A stretch of DNA of 64,000 bases from Spirochaetota bacterium (GTDB taxonomy: Bacteria; Spirochaetota; UBA12135; COTS27; CBDBHE01), in assembly GCA_965205605.1 (NCBI GenBank), contig CBDBHE010000007.1:384001-448000 (forward strand). Reading direction: 5' to 3'. Under the pieces are notes generated by a model. That model had not been told where the DNA came from and did no database searches. It saw only the letters and a list, made by a program, of their open reading frames with translations. A program made the position numbers and the translations under genes. Shown piece by piece: positions 9,974-18,819 of this stretch (position 1 is the stretch's first letter; every line of letters begins with the position of its first letter).

Positions 9974-10243
9974 TTGAAAAAAAAAAAATCTTATTTACGA
10001 CATCATTGGAAATTAGGCGTTCACTTAATCTTTAAAACAAAACGATTTGGGGTGAATAACAAATGGTGGGTCCCTTTTGATTCTCTTTGGGGCACTGGCC
10101 CCTTGAAAATGATCTTAAAAACACTTTTGATCCTCCCTCTCGTCAAAAATTACCTGGCTCTCAAAAAAAGAATGGGGCATTCTGTTGGCTTTATTCCCAA
10201 AAAAGAATATGACCTCTTATTTAAAAAAATTAATAATCAATAA
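9974..10243 (+). CDS. Possible small hypothetical protein (89 aa from TTG)
   Basis: Open frame fills the hppA-M23 gap; no recognisable family; A12 tract right after the start. Confidence 0.25.
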   Translation: MKKKKSYLRHHWKLGVHLIFKTKRFGVNNKWWVPFDSLWGTGPLKMILKTLLILPLVKNYLALKKRMGHSVGFIPKKEYDLLFKKINNQ

Positions 10244-11153
10244 TAAGGTAATCTTTTGCATTTTGATACGCATTGGCTAATTTAACACTGTAATAAAAAT
10301 CACCACTACTAATACCAAAATAATTCCCCTTAGAAATGAAATCCCCTTCTTTATAGTGACTAACATCAACTGAAAGCAACCCTTCGTACCTTGTTTCATA
10401 ACCATACGAATGATCAATCATGACTGAAAAAAATTTATTTTCATCATTTAAAACAATTTTTTTAATCGTCCCACTGGCCGTCGCAAGTACTTTTAAACCC
10501 ACAACACTTTGAATAAAAAGTTTTTTAGAACCCGCTATTTTACGTAAAGCCCCCAAATGACTTTCAATCGGCCATAACGTAGGGACAAATTTAATAAATT
10601 GTTTTCGTCTTTGAAAAAAATTATTAAGATATTCACTATCATCAGCCAAAACATTATTCTTTAATTTTTTTTTTAAAAGAAAATCAGAAGCTTCAAGTGA
10701 TGATTTTTTTTGAAATAAATTTTCAAATTCTTTTGGGAGGTTTTCTACTGTAAAATCAATGCCTCCAATACCACCTTTTTTTTTTGAATCCACTCTTTTT
10801 TTGCCTACTTTAGAAGCCAATTTTTCTAACTTATTAGTAAAACGAAAATAAACATTCTTATAATAATAATTAAATTCTTCTTCATAAAAAATAGCTAGTT
10901 TTTTTTTTATGATCACATTTTTTTTAAGATCAACTAACTTTATGTGCAAGTAAATTCGATCAATCGCAAAAAAACAAGAAAATAATAAAATTAAAAAAGA
11001 ACCTAAAAGAATGAAAAAAAAAAACTTTTTAGGCAAATTAAAATAAAAAGACTTCTTTTGGCGATTTGTTGAAACAATTAAAATACAACTAAATGCATAC
11101 AAGGTATTTAAAACCCATTTTTTTATTTTCAATACAATCGTTGATATCTTCAT
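10230..11153 (-). CDS. Membrane-anchored M23/LytM-domain protein with degenerate active site
   Basis: TM segment plus coiled coil, then PTLWPI, VLATASG, VMIDHSYGYETRY, KEGDFISKG; HxxxD and HxH motifs absent. Confidence 0.72.
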   Translation of the reverse strand: MKISTIVLKIKKWVLNTLYAFSCILIVSTNRQKKSFYFNLPKKFFFFILLGSFLILLFSCFFAIDRIYLHIKLVDLKKNVIIKKKLAIFYEEEFNYYYKNVYFRFTNKLEKLASKVGKKRVDSKKKGGIGGIDFTVENLPKEFENLFQKKSSLEASDFLLKKKLKNNVLADDSEYLNNFFQRRKQFIKFVPTLWPIESHLGALRKIAGSKKLFIQSVVGLKVLATASGTIKKIVLNDENKFFSVMIDHSYGYETRYEGLLSVDVSHYKEGDFISKGNYFGISSGDFYYSVKLANAYQNAKDYLIIDY

Positions 11154-11218
11154 AAAAGTTAAAAATGAAATTATTTTATATTATCGGAAAAATTATTGAA
11201 GTTTAAACTTAAAAAAAA

Positions 11219-12184
11219 TTAGTCTGGAAATTTATGACGATAAAGCTTACTAACTCGATCTAAAAAAAGCTGTTCTTCAACTCTAAGGGCGTTTAATCCT
11301 TTTTGAGAAATCATTTGTAATAAAACATCAATGGTTTCTTCAATTTGCTTATCTGTCATTTTTCTTTCATCTAAATCAAAATGCTTTTTTCTTTTAAATA
11401 TTCCTCCTTTAAAAAAAAAATTTTTTTCTTTTGAAATTTGAGTATGTTCGTAAACTTGGGAAGAAGACAAACCAAAAAATTCTTTAAAGCTTCCAAATAA
11501 TCGCCTCAATGAATTATTAGGCACTTGATAAAGTTGATTTTTTTGATTTAAAAAAAAGAAAATAACCCCAAATAACATCCCTCCAATATGCCCCGCATGA
11601 GAAACTCCACTCTTGGCATTTGAAAATAAAGAAAACAATTCGATCAATCCATACCCAATGGCAAAATGCTTGGCTTTAAGAGTAATGGGAAGAATGAAAA
11701 ATAAAAGAAGCGTGATTTGCCGCTCTGGAAAATAAAGAGCATACGCCACTAAAATCCCTAAAATAGCCCCACTCGCCCCTAATGTCGTTGGAGCTATTTT
11801 TTGATTGAAATAAAACATCGATACCCAATCAACCAATAAAATAAAAAATCCAGCTCCAATTCCTGTAAAAAAATAATATTGTAAAAAACGTTTCTTTCCC
11901 CATTCTCTTTCTAAATCTGCTCCAAAGAAAAATAAAAACAAAAGATTAAAAAGAATATGCCAAAAATTCCCATGCAAAAACATGTACGTCAAAACTTGCC
12001 AGTACATGTTGTAATTTAAAACTTGGTGATAATTTAAAGCAAACGATTTAACAATCAGTCCATTGAGCCCAGTAAACGTCTGTAAAAAAAAAATAACGAT
12101 ATTAATGATTAATAAAATTTTAACCGCCGGGGTAAAATAACCTCCAAATGGGCTGTTAGATATAGATCGACGATAATAATTCAC
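11219..12184 (-). CDS. Rhomboid family intramembrane serine protease with C-terminal DUF6576-like domain
   Basis: WQVLTYMFLHGNFWHILFN, GASG catalytic Ser, HAGHIGG catalytic His; C-terminal IDVLLQMISQKGLNAL. Confidence 0.92.
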   Translation of the reverse strand: MNYYRRSISNSPFGGYFTPAVKILLIINIVIFFLQTFTGLNGLIVKSFALNYHQVLNYNMYWQVLTYMFLHGNFWHILFNLLFLFFFGADLEREWGKKRFLQYYFFTGIGAGFFILLVDWVSMFYFNQKIAPTTLGASGAILGILVAYALYFPERQITLLLFFILPITLKAKHFAIGYGLIELFSLFSNAKSGVSHAGHIGGMLFGVIFFFLNQKNQLYQVPNNSLRRLFGSFKEFFGLSSSQVYEHTQISKEKNFFFKGGIFKRKKHFDLDERKMTDKQIEETIDVLLQMISQKGLNALRVEEQLFLDRVSKLYRHKFPD

Positions 12185-12246
12185 AAGACTAAATTTCCTT
12201 TTTACTTCCTAAGTATATCATAACATTCATACAAAAATTTTATTCT

Positions 12247-12275
12247 TTGACCCTATTTAACTTCTATATTATATT
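12247..12275 (+). promoter_or_regulatory. Putative sigma70 promoter of the 12288 orphan
   Basis: TTGACC-N17-TATATT, 12 nt upstream of the ATG. Confidence 0.5.
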
Positions 12276-12287
12276 GTAATTATCAAC

Positions 12288-13841
12288 ATGTGTAAGTGGA
12301 TAGAGTATTTTTCCAACCAAAAGCCTTTTCATAAAAAAGCTAATTTCTCTAAAGATTATCCTAATTTTTCTCCTAGTATTGACCAAATCGTTCTGTATCT
12401 TCATAAAAAATCAAAATGGCAAGACCTTCAAAATCACCTTAATTATTTAAACAAACTCCCAATCATTACTTTCCAATCTCGTGAAGTTTCTTCTCTTTTA
12501 ATCATGGTTGAAAATCATAAAAAAGTGATGATAAAAAAATTTTTTTATGATACCCTCGTTCAAAAATTTCAAAATGAATTTCATACTTATCTTTTAGGAT
12601 TATCCCTCCTTTATGAACATCTTTGCGAAGATTTGAGTATTGATTTACACAGTCTTTTTCCTTCTTTTCTTGCCCAAAGAAAAATAGCTCTTTATCCTGA
12701 AGAGTTTAGTTTACTTTATGGTACTCTTAAAGAAGACACCGTCTCTCAAAAAGCATTTTTGTTTTTAAATTTAATTCATTATCAAAAAATCAATCAGGTT
12801 TCCTCTCTTGAAAAAAAAATTATTCGAGATTGCTTAGGTGTTTCTTACACAAAAAGATTACTAGGACTTAAAAAAAATGATTATAAATACTTAGAATCAA
12901 AACCAGACTTAAGCAACCAAAACTCAAAACAACTTGAAATCTACTATAAAGTAAAAGAAGAAATTAGCATCAATCAAATTGATTTTTTAAGTTATACTCA
13001 AAACTATTTAAAAGATAAAAAAATAATTTCATGGTGTTGGTGGATGATTAGTCCTTTCTTGGCTTCGGATGTTTCGACATTACTCCATTTGATTTCAGAG
13101 GCTAAAAAAATCAAACGTGTGTATATTGACTTGTGCACTGAATCTGAAAAAATTTATCAAGATTATATTCAAAATAAAGATATTAAAGAAGAAACCATCG
13201 AAAAGGAAATTAAAAAAATATATCCCCCTACTTTAAAAAATTTTCAAAAAGAAATTTTTCCTTATGAAGTTTTACTTGAAAAATTAAAATTTCTTTCTAT
13301 TCCAGTAAAATGTTTTGGGTTTAACGGTATCGACCTCATAAATAAAGAACCTATTTTAATTAAAGAAAATAATATCCTCGATTACCCCATTGATCAAAAA
13401 TGGAAAAAAGCTCTTTATCAAGAATATCAAAATATTGATCAACTTAAAGAAAATGAAATCATTGTTTATTTTCATTTTATGAAACCCATGTTTTTTTTCC
13501 CACCTAATTTACAAGATTCGCGTATCGAAAAAATTATTCATACCGACCAATTCACTGGATTTGGTTCTCAAAAACCAGAAAACGCTTTGGCTATTTATTC
13601 TTGGTATCACTCAAGTGCTTCTAATTCTTTTATTTATCCTGATATCAAGAAAGCTTCTTTTAAAAATGAAAACATTATTCATTTTCCAAAAATTAATGAT
13701 CAGATTCCAAAGCTTAATTACGCTAAGTTTAATCAATTTAAACTCTATGACACGATGATTTATTCTTCAAAATCAAACGAAGGAGACGGAGAAAAGGATT
13801 TTGTTGAAAATCCAAATTCGATTTTTACTTTTTCATCTTAA
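12288..13841 (+). CDS. Hypothetical protein (517 aa)
   Basis: Long ORF in very AT-rich sequence with an upstream promoter; no confident family. Confidence 0.7.
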   Translation: MCKWIEYFSNQKPFHKKANFSKDYPNFSPSIDQIVLYLHKKSKWQDLQNHLNYLNKLPIITFQSREVSSLLIMVENHKKVMIKKFFYDTLVQKFQNEFHTYLLGLSLLYEHLCEDLSIDLHSLFPSFLAQRKIALYPEEFSLLYGTLKEDTVSQKAFLFLNLIHYQKINQVSSLEKKIIRDCLGVSYTKRLLGLKKNDYKYLESKPDLSNQNSKQLEIYYKVKEEISINQIDFLSYTQNYLKDKKIISWCWWMISPFLASDVSTLLHLISEAKKIKRVYIDLCTESEKIYQDYIQNKDIKEETIEKEIKKIYPPTLKNFQKEIFPYEVLLEKLKFLSIPVKCFGFNGIDLINKEPILIKENNILDYPIDQKWKKALYQEYQNIDQLKENEIIVYFHFMKPMFFFPPNLQDSRIEKIIHTDQFTGFGSQKPENALAIYSWYHSSASNSFIYPDIKKASFKNENIIHFPKINDQIPKLNYAKFNQFKLYDTMIYSSKSNEGDGEKDFVENPNSIFTFSS

Positions 13842-13847
13842 AAAAAA

Positions 13848-15815
13848 TTAAATCAATTCTACTGGGTCCATATCATATTCAATATAAATCGAAGGCGATC
13901 GCTTCAAACGATGTTTAAACTGATCTAATCCTTGAAAAAAACGATTCAAATCTTTAATTCTCATTAAATAATTCCACCGATAATGATGTTTAATTTTGCT
14001 CAAAAGACAAGGTGCTGGCCCTAAAATTTGAGCCGAATCACTTAAACTATCAGCTAAATTTTTTTTTATTCCCAAGCTAAACTCAATGAGTTTTTTTTCT
14101 TCTTTTGACCTAAGAACCATTCGAAACAATTTAGAAAAAGGAGGGTATGCAAATTCTCTCCTTACTTTAATTTCTTTTTCATAAAAAGCAAGATAATCCT
14201 GCTCACACCCATATTTAATCGCATAATGATCCGCTAAATCAGTTAAAACAACGACATTTCCTTTTAAAGATCGTCTTCCTGCTCGACCAGAAACTTGAGT
14301 AATTTGACTAAAAACTCGTTCGCTAGAACGAAAATCAGGAAAAGCTAAATATCGTTCTGGGTAAATCACAATCACAAGCTGGACATCTGGAAAATCATGT
14401 CCTTTAATAATCATTTGCGTACCAACGATAATATTGTACTTGTGATGAATAAAATCTTTTAAATGTTCTTTGATTTTTTTAGGGGTTGAAAGCTGATCCG
14501 AATCAAAGCGTAAGACTTTAGCTTTATCAATTTTTTCTACAATTTCTTCCACTAATCGTTCCGTACCAATGCCTATGGTAGAAAGAGAACCTTGCTTACA
14601 GCGCTCACAAGTTTTTATATTAATATTTTTTTTTTCAAACCCACATTGATGACAGAGCAGTTTTCCTCTTGCTTTATGATAGGTAAGACTCACATCACAA
14701 CGATAACAACGCCAAAAAAACCCACACTGCTTACAAAAAAGACTCGGTGCATAACCTCGATAATTAATATATAAAATAGATTGGTGTCCTTTTTCTAAAT
14801 TGCTATATAACATTTTTAAAATATCTCGATTGATAACGGTTTGGCTTCCTTTCTTAGAGCTCACCACTTGACTCTGAGGTAAGGGAACTCCTTGATAGCG
14901 AGTATCAAGAGAATAATAATTAATTTTTTTTTGTCTAGTTTGATAAAAAATTTCAACAGATGGGGTTGCCGAACCTAACACTAGAGGGACTTGATACTGG
15001 CGACATTTATACTGAGCGACTTGTCTTGCATGATAGCGAGGAACTTGATTATTTTTGTACGTCGGCTCATGCTCTTCATCAACAATAATGAGCCCCAAGT
15101 TAACCGTCGGAGCAAAAACCGCCGAACGAGGCCCAATAATAATATTAATTTTTTCTTCTAAAACTTCTTGGTAGAGTTGTCTCTTTTTTTCAGAACTAAT
15201 TTGAGCATGAATGACAGCAATCCTTTCTTGATAAAAAAAAGAAGTTAAAACGTCTTCGACTTGAGAAGTGAGACCTATTTCAGGAATCAGTAAAATCACT
15301 TGTTTGTTACGAGCAATGGTTTTTTGAATTAAATCAATATAAATATGTGTTTTCCCACTGCCGGTGATACCGTGAATAAGAGAAATATTAAAGGTAATCG
15401 CATTTTTTAAAATTTGAATAGCTATTTGGTTTTGTTTTTCTGTAAGAGATAAAATCATTTTTTTCTCTTGTTGATTAAGAATTTTTCTTTTTCTTTTAAC
15501 AACCTTAGAAGAAGAAAACGAAAAAAAAAGTGAAAGAGCTTCTCCTAAAGAAGCACTATAATACCGAGAAATCCACTGAGCAAGCTCAAAATCTTTTTTA
15601 GAAATAAGTGGTTTTTCATCAATAAGACTTAAAACAGATTTTAATTTATTAGTTTGTTTAAACTGAGAAGTTTTTGATTCTGAGATGATAAAACCGATTT
15701 TTTTTTTAGTACCAAAAGAAACAAGCACTCTTTTAAAAAGAGACCCAGTAAAAGAAGATTGATAAGAAAAAGACTGCTTAAGAGGTGTTTTAAAAACAAC
15801 CTCAACATAAATCAT
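13848..15815 (-). CDS. priA: Primosomal protein N' (replication restart helicase)
   Basis: GITGSGKT, DEEHE, GSATPS, CxxC zinc motifs, GTQMIIKGHDFP, QVSGRAGR. Confidence 0.97.
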   Translation of the reverse strand: MIYVEVVFKTPLKQSFSYQSSFTGSLFKRVLVSFGTKKKIGFIISESKTSQFKQTNKLKSVLSLIDEKPLISKKDFELAQWISRYYSASLGEALSLFFSFSSSKVVKRKRKILNQQEKKMILSLTEKQNQIAIQILKNAITFNISLIHGITGSGKTHIYIDLIQKTIARNKQVILLIPEIGLTSQVEDVLTSFFYQERIAVIHAQISSEKKRQLYQEVLEEKINIIIGPRSAVFAPTVNLGLIIVDEEHEPTYKNNQVPRYHARQVAQYKCRQYQVPLVLGSATPSVEIFYQTRQKKINYYSLDTRYQGVPLPQSQVVSSKKGSQTVINRDILKMLYSNLEKGHQSILYINYRGYAPSLFCKQCGFFWRCYRCDVSLTYHKARGKLLCHQCGFEKKNINIKTCERCKQGSLSTIGIGTERLVEEIVEKIDKAKVLRFDSDQLSTPKKIKEHLKDFIHHKYNIIVGTQMIIKGHDFPDVQLVIVIYPERYLAFPDFRSSERVFSQITQVSGRAGRRSLKGNVVVLTDLADHYAIKYGCEQDYLAFYEKEIKVRREFAYPPFSKLFRMVLRSKEEKKLIEFSLGIKKNLADSLSDSAQILGPAPCLLSKIKHHYRWNYLMRIKDLNRFFQGLDQFKHRLKRSPSIYIEYDMDPVELI

Positions 15816-16162
15816 TTTTGACTATTTTTACATTCTTTAGGGTTAGCACACTGAGTGGTCCAGGGGATAGCTTGTAGCCGCTTGCTATTAATTGCTTTGC
15901 CGCAATGAACACAAATCCCATATTTTTTATTATCGATACGAATTAAAGCCCCATCAATAGCCCTAAGTAATTTTTTTTCATTTTCAGACATTTCAATGGC
16001 TAAATCTTTTTCATACATATTAAAAGCGGCATCGACCATATCACCGACTTCATTTTTACTTAAATCACCAAATTTTTCTTTATCCCCGTAAAGTTGTGTT
16101 AAGACTTTTTTTCTTTCTTTTATCAGTAAGTTTTTATATGACTCAATTTTTTCTTGTTTCAT
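15812..16162 (-). CDS. dksA: DksA/TraR family C4 zinc-finger transcription factor
   Basis: Coiled-coil tip GDMVDAA (DxxDxA), ALIRIDNKKYGICVHCG...RLQAIPW...C. Confidence 0.85.
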   Translation of the reverse strand: MKQEKIESYKNLLIKERKKVLTQLYGDKEKFGDLSKNEVGDMVDAAFNMYEKDLAIEMSENEKKLLRAIDGALIRIDNKKYGICVHCGKAINSKRLQAIPWTTQCANPKECKNSQK

Positions 16163-16183
16163 AAAATATCCTTAGAATCTTTT

Positions 16184-16624
16184 TTAATTTTTAGAATTTT
16201 TTTTCAAATCAACCACTTCTTTTTTTTTATTCAAATTTTCTTGATTTTCTTTAGGGGACACATCAAGTTTTTCTGAAACAAGCTCTATATAACATTGCGT
16301 TGCTCCATCTCCTTTTCGCCTAATGGCTTTATAAATTCTTGTATAACCACCTTTTTGGTTTTTGTAGCGTTTACCGATATCTTCAAATAATTTTTTAAGG
16401 ATTCTTGTATTTTTAATATTTTTATAAACTTCTCTTCGATGATGCACCGTATCGCTTTTAGAACGTGTGATTATTTTTTCAACAAAGCTTTTTAAAACTT
16501 TAGCTTTAGGAAGGGTTGTTTTAATCTTCTCGGACTTTAAAAGAGAAGTAGAAAGATTACGAAGCATCGCTTTTCTATGCTTTCGATCTTTACCTAATTT
16601 TTTAATTTTACTACGATGATTCAA
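16184..16624 (-). CDS. rplQ: 50S ribosomal protein L17
   Basis: HRKAMLRNL, IKTTLPKAK, GGYTRI; TTG start. Confidence 0.97.
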   Translation of the reverse strand: MNHRSKIKKLGKDRKHRKAMLRNLSTSLLKSEKIKTTLPKAKVLKSFVEKIITRSKSDTVHHRREVYKNIKNTRILKKLFEDIGKRYKNQKGGYTRIYKAIRRKGDGATQCYIELVSEKLDVSPKENQENLNKKKEVVDLKKNSKN

Positions 16625-16638
16625 AAATAAGTCCTTTA

Positions 16639-17652
16639 CTAAAAAATTCCTTTTTCAATATAATCGATATTTTTCATATCTAAACTTAAATCTTTTTCAC
16701 TTATTTTTTCCTTAATATCTTCAATGATTGCCTCATTACAATATTTTTTAGATAATAAATCTTTTTCATTTTTTATAACAATTTGTCCAATTTCTTTCAT
16801 TTCATTCATCTTAAGAAAAAAATGAGTCCTAACAGAAAAAGGAATCGTATAAATGGTCTCATTAAAAATAGAGCTTTTTTCTAAACTAGATTCTTCTAAA
16901 TTATTACCTACAGGAGAGGTAATAGGTTCTGTTGTAATTTCTCCAAAGGTCTTGTAAGATTCTTTTAAAATTTGAGCCGCTTCTTGAAGAGCGGCTTCAG
17001 GCGAAATGGTGCCTTTTGTTTTAATATCAAATTCAAGTTCTTCATAATACTTATTATTACCAAAATGAAAAGACTTTACTTTAAAGCTTACATTTAAAAT
17101 AGGTGAATAATCTGCATCAATTGGAATGGTGCCTTCAATTTGAATCATTTCTCTAAAAGATTCACTTTCAACATAACCTCTCCCTTTTTCGACTTGTACT
17201 TCAAAATCAATTTCTTGTAATTTGTCATAAGAACAGATTTCGTGTTCTAAATTTCCAATGATAAGATTGTTATCCAAAGACAAAAAATCTTTACCTTTAA
17301 GCACACCACTTCCTTTTAGCTTCAGCTTAAAAACCCTAGAAGTCATCGTTGTGTCTTTAAAGCCAATAGCGAGTGCTTTTAAATTAGCTATAATTTCAAT
17401 GGTGTCTTCAAAGACCCCTTCAATATTTTGAAACTCATTGTTAACACCACTAACCCTAATTGCAACAACACTGTATCCTGGGATAACTGAAAGTAAAGTC
17501 CTCCTAAGAGAATTACCTATGGTGGTTCCAAATCCTTTTTCATAAGGTTTGGCAGAAAAAATTCCTCTGTTATTTTCTTCGGAAACTTTAATAAAATTAA
17601 CCTCCTTGGGCCTTTTAAGACTCGAAATTAATTTTGTTTCTACTATAGTCAT
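16639..17652 (-). CDS. rpoA: DNA-directed RNA polymerase subunit alpha (divergent)
   Basis: GFGTTIGNSLRRTLLS, EKGRGYV, IPIDADYSP, position between rpsK and rplQ. Confidence 0.95.
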   Translation of the reverse strand: MTIVETKLISSLKRPKEVNFIKVSEENNRGIFSAKPYEKGFGTTIGNSLRRTLLSVIPGYSVVAIRVSGVNNEFQNIEGVFEDTIEIIANLKALAIGFKDTTMTSRVFKLKLKGSGVLKGKDFLSLDNNLIIGNLEHEICSYDKLQEIDFEVQVEKGRGYVESESFREMIQIEGTIPIDADYSPILNVSFKVKSFHFGNNKYYEELEFDIKTKGTISPEAALQEAAQILKESYKTFGEITTEPITSPVGNNLEESSLEKSSIFNETIYTIPFSVRTHFFLKMNEMKEIGQIVIKNEKDLLSKKYCNEAIIEDIKEKISEKDLSLDMKNIDYIEKGIF

Positions 17653-17658
17653 TTCGAT

Positions 17659-18039
17659 TTATACTCTCCTTACTTTTCTAGCTCGACAACCATTATGGGG
17701 AACCCCCGTAACATCTTTAATCAAACTAATTTTAATACCTGCTTTAGCAACCGCTCTTACCGCTGATTCACGTCCAAATCCAGGCCCTTTGACATAAACT
17801 TTTGCTTCTTGAAAGCCGTATTTTTGAGCGGACTCAATAGCAACTTTTGTTACTATTTGTGAAGCATAAGGAGTACTTTTTTTTGCTCCTCTAAAATTCA
17901 TCGCTCCCCCAGAAGACCAAGAAACAGCATTGCCATTAAGATCTGTAACGGTTACTATTGTATTATTAAACGTGTTTTTAATATGAACAATTCCTACAGG
18001 AATATGTTTTTTTACTTTTTTATGTTTTTTTGAAGCCAT
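17659..18039 (-). CDS. rpsK: 30S ribosomal protein S11
   Basis: [32 protein letters not shown]. Confidence 0.98.
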   Translation of the reverse strand: MASKKHKKVKKHIPVGIVHIKNTFNNTIVTVTDLNGNAVSWSSGGAMNFRGAKKSTPYASQIVTKVAIESAQKYGFQEAKVYVKGPGFGRESAVRAVAKAGIKISLIKDVTGVPHNGCRARKVRRV

Positions 18040-18054
18040 TATTTTTTTTAACCT

Positions 18055-18432
18055 TTATTTTTTAATCATTTTTTTATTAGCGATTGTCTTTCCTTTTCCT
18101 TTTCGAGTACGTCCATTAGTTTGAGTTCTTTGCCCTCTAACAGGAAGCCCACTTCGATGCCTCATCCCCCGGTAACAATTAATACTAATGAGCCTTTTAA
18201 TAAAAGAATGTACTTTTGCCTTTAAATCTCCCTCTATTACATAGCTTTTTTCAATTACTTTTCTGATTTGATTTACTTGTTCTGGACTTAAAGTACTTGC
18301 TTTTTTGTTTTGGTCAATCTTTGCTGCTTTTAAAATTTTAGAAGCCGAAGCAAGACCAATCCCATAAATATAAGTCAATGCAATAATAATGCGTTTATTA
18401 GGAAGATTAATTCCTGAAATTCTTGTAGCCAT
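18055..18432 (-). CDS. rpsM: 30S ribosomal protein S13
   Basis: [26 protein letters not shown]. Confidence 0.98.
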   Translation of the reverse strand: MATRISGINLPNKRIIIALTYIYGIGLASASKILKAAKIDQNKKASTLSPEQVNQIRKVIEKSYVIEGDLKAKVHSFIKRLISINCYRGMRHRSGLPVRGQRTQTNGRTRKGKGKTIANKKMIKK

Positions 18433-18445
18433 CGTGTCCTCTCCT

Positions 18446-18559
18446 TTATCCTTGCCGCTGTTTATGACGAGCGTTTTTACAAATGACCCGCAAAACTCCT
18501 TTTCTTCGAATAATTCGACAATCTTTACAAATTTTCTTAATAGAGCTTCTTACTTTCAT
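18446..18559 (-). CDS. rpmJ: 50S ribosomal protein L36 (zinc-ribbon form; missed by the ORF track)
   Basis: Manual translation: [37 protein letters not shown]. Confidence 0.97.
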   Translation of the reverse strand: MKVRSSIKKICKDCRIIRRKGVLRVICKNARHKQRQG

Positions 18560-18574
18560 TGCTGGGTCCTTTTT

Positions 18575-18796
18575 TTACTTTTGCCTGTAAACAATCCTAC
18601 CTTTTGTTAAATCATAGGGAGAAAGTTGTACTTTGACAATATCTCCAGGTAATATTTTAATATAATACATCCTCATTTTACCAGAAATATGACATAAAAT
18701 CACATGTTTATTTTCTAATTTTACTTTAAACATCGCATTTGGAAGTGGCTCTACAACCGTACCACTTACTTCAATCAATTCTTCCTTTTTACTCAT
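18575..18796 (-). CDS. infA: Translation initiation factor IF-1
   Basis: [30 protein letters not shown]. Confidence 0.98.
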   Translation of the reverse strand: MSKKEELIEVSGTVVEPLPNAMFKVKLENKHVILCHISGKMRMYYIKILPGDIVKVQLSPYDLTKGRIVYRQK

Positions 18797-18819
18797 GCAC
18801 TTTAAAAAATAATAAACTA

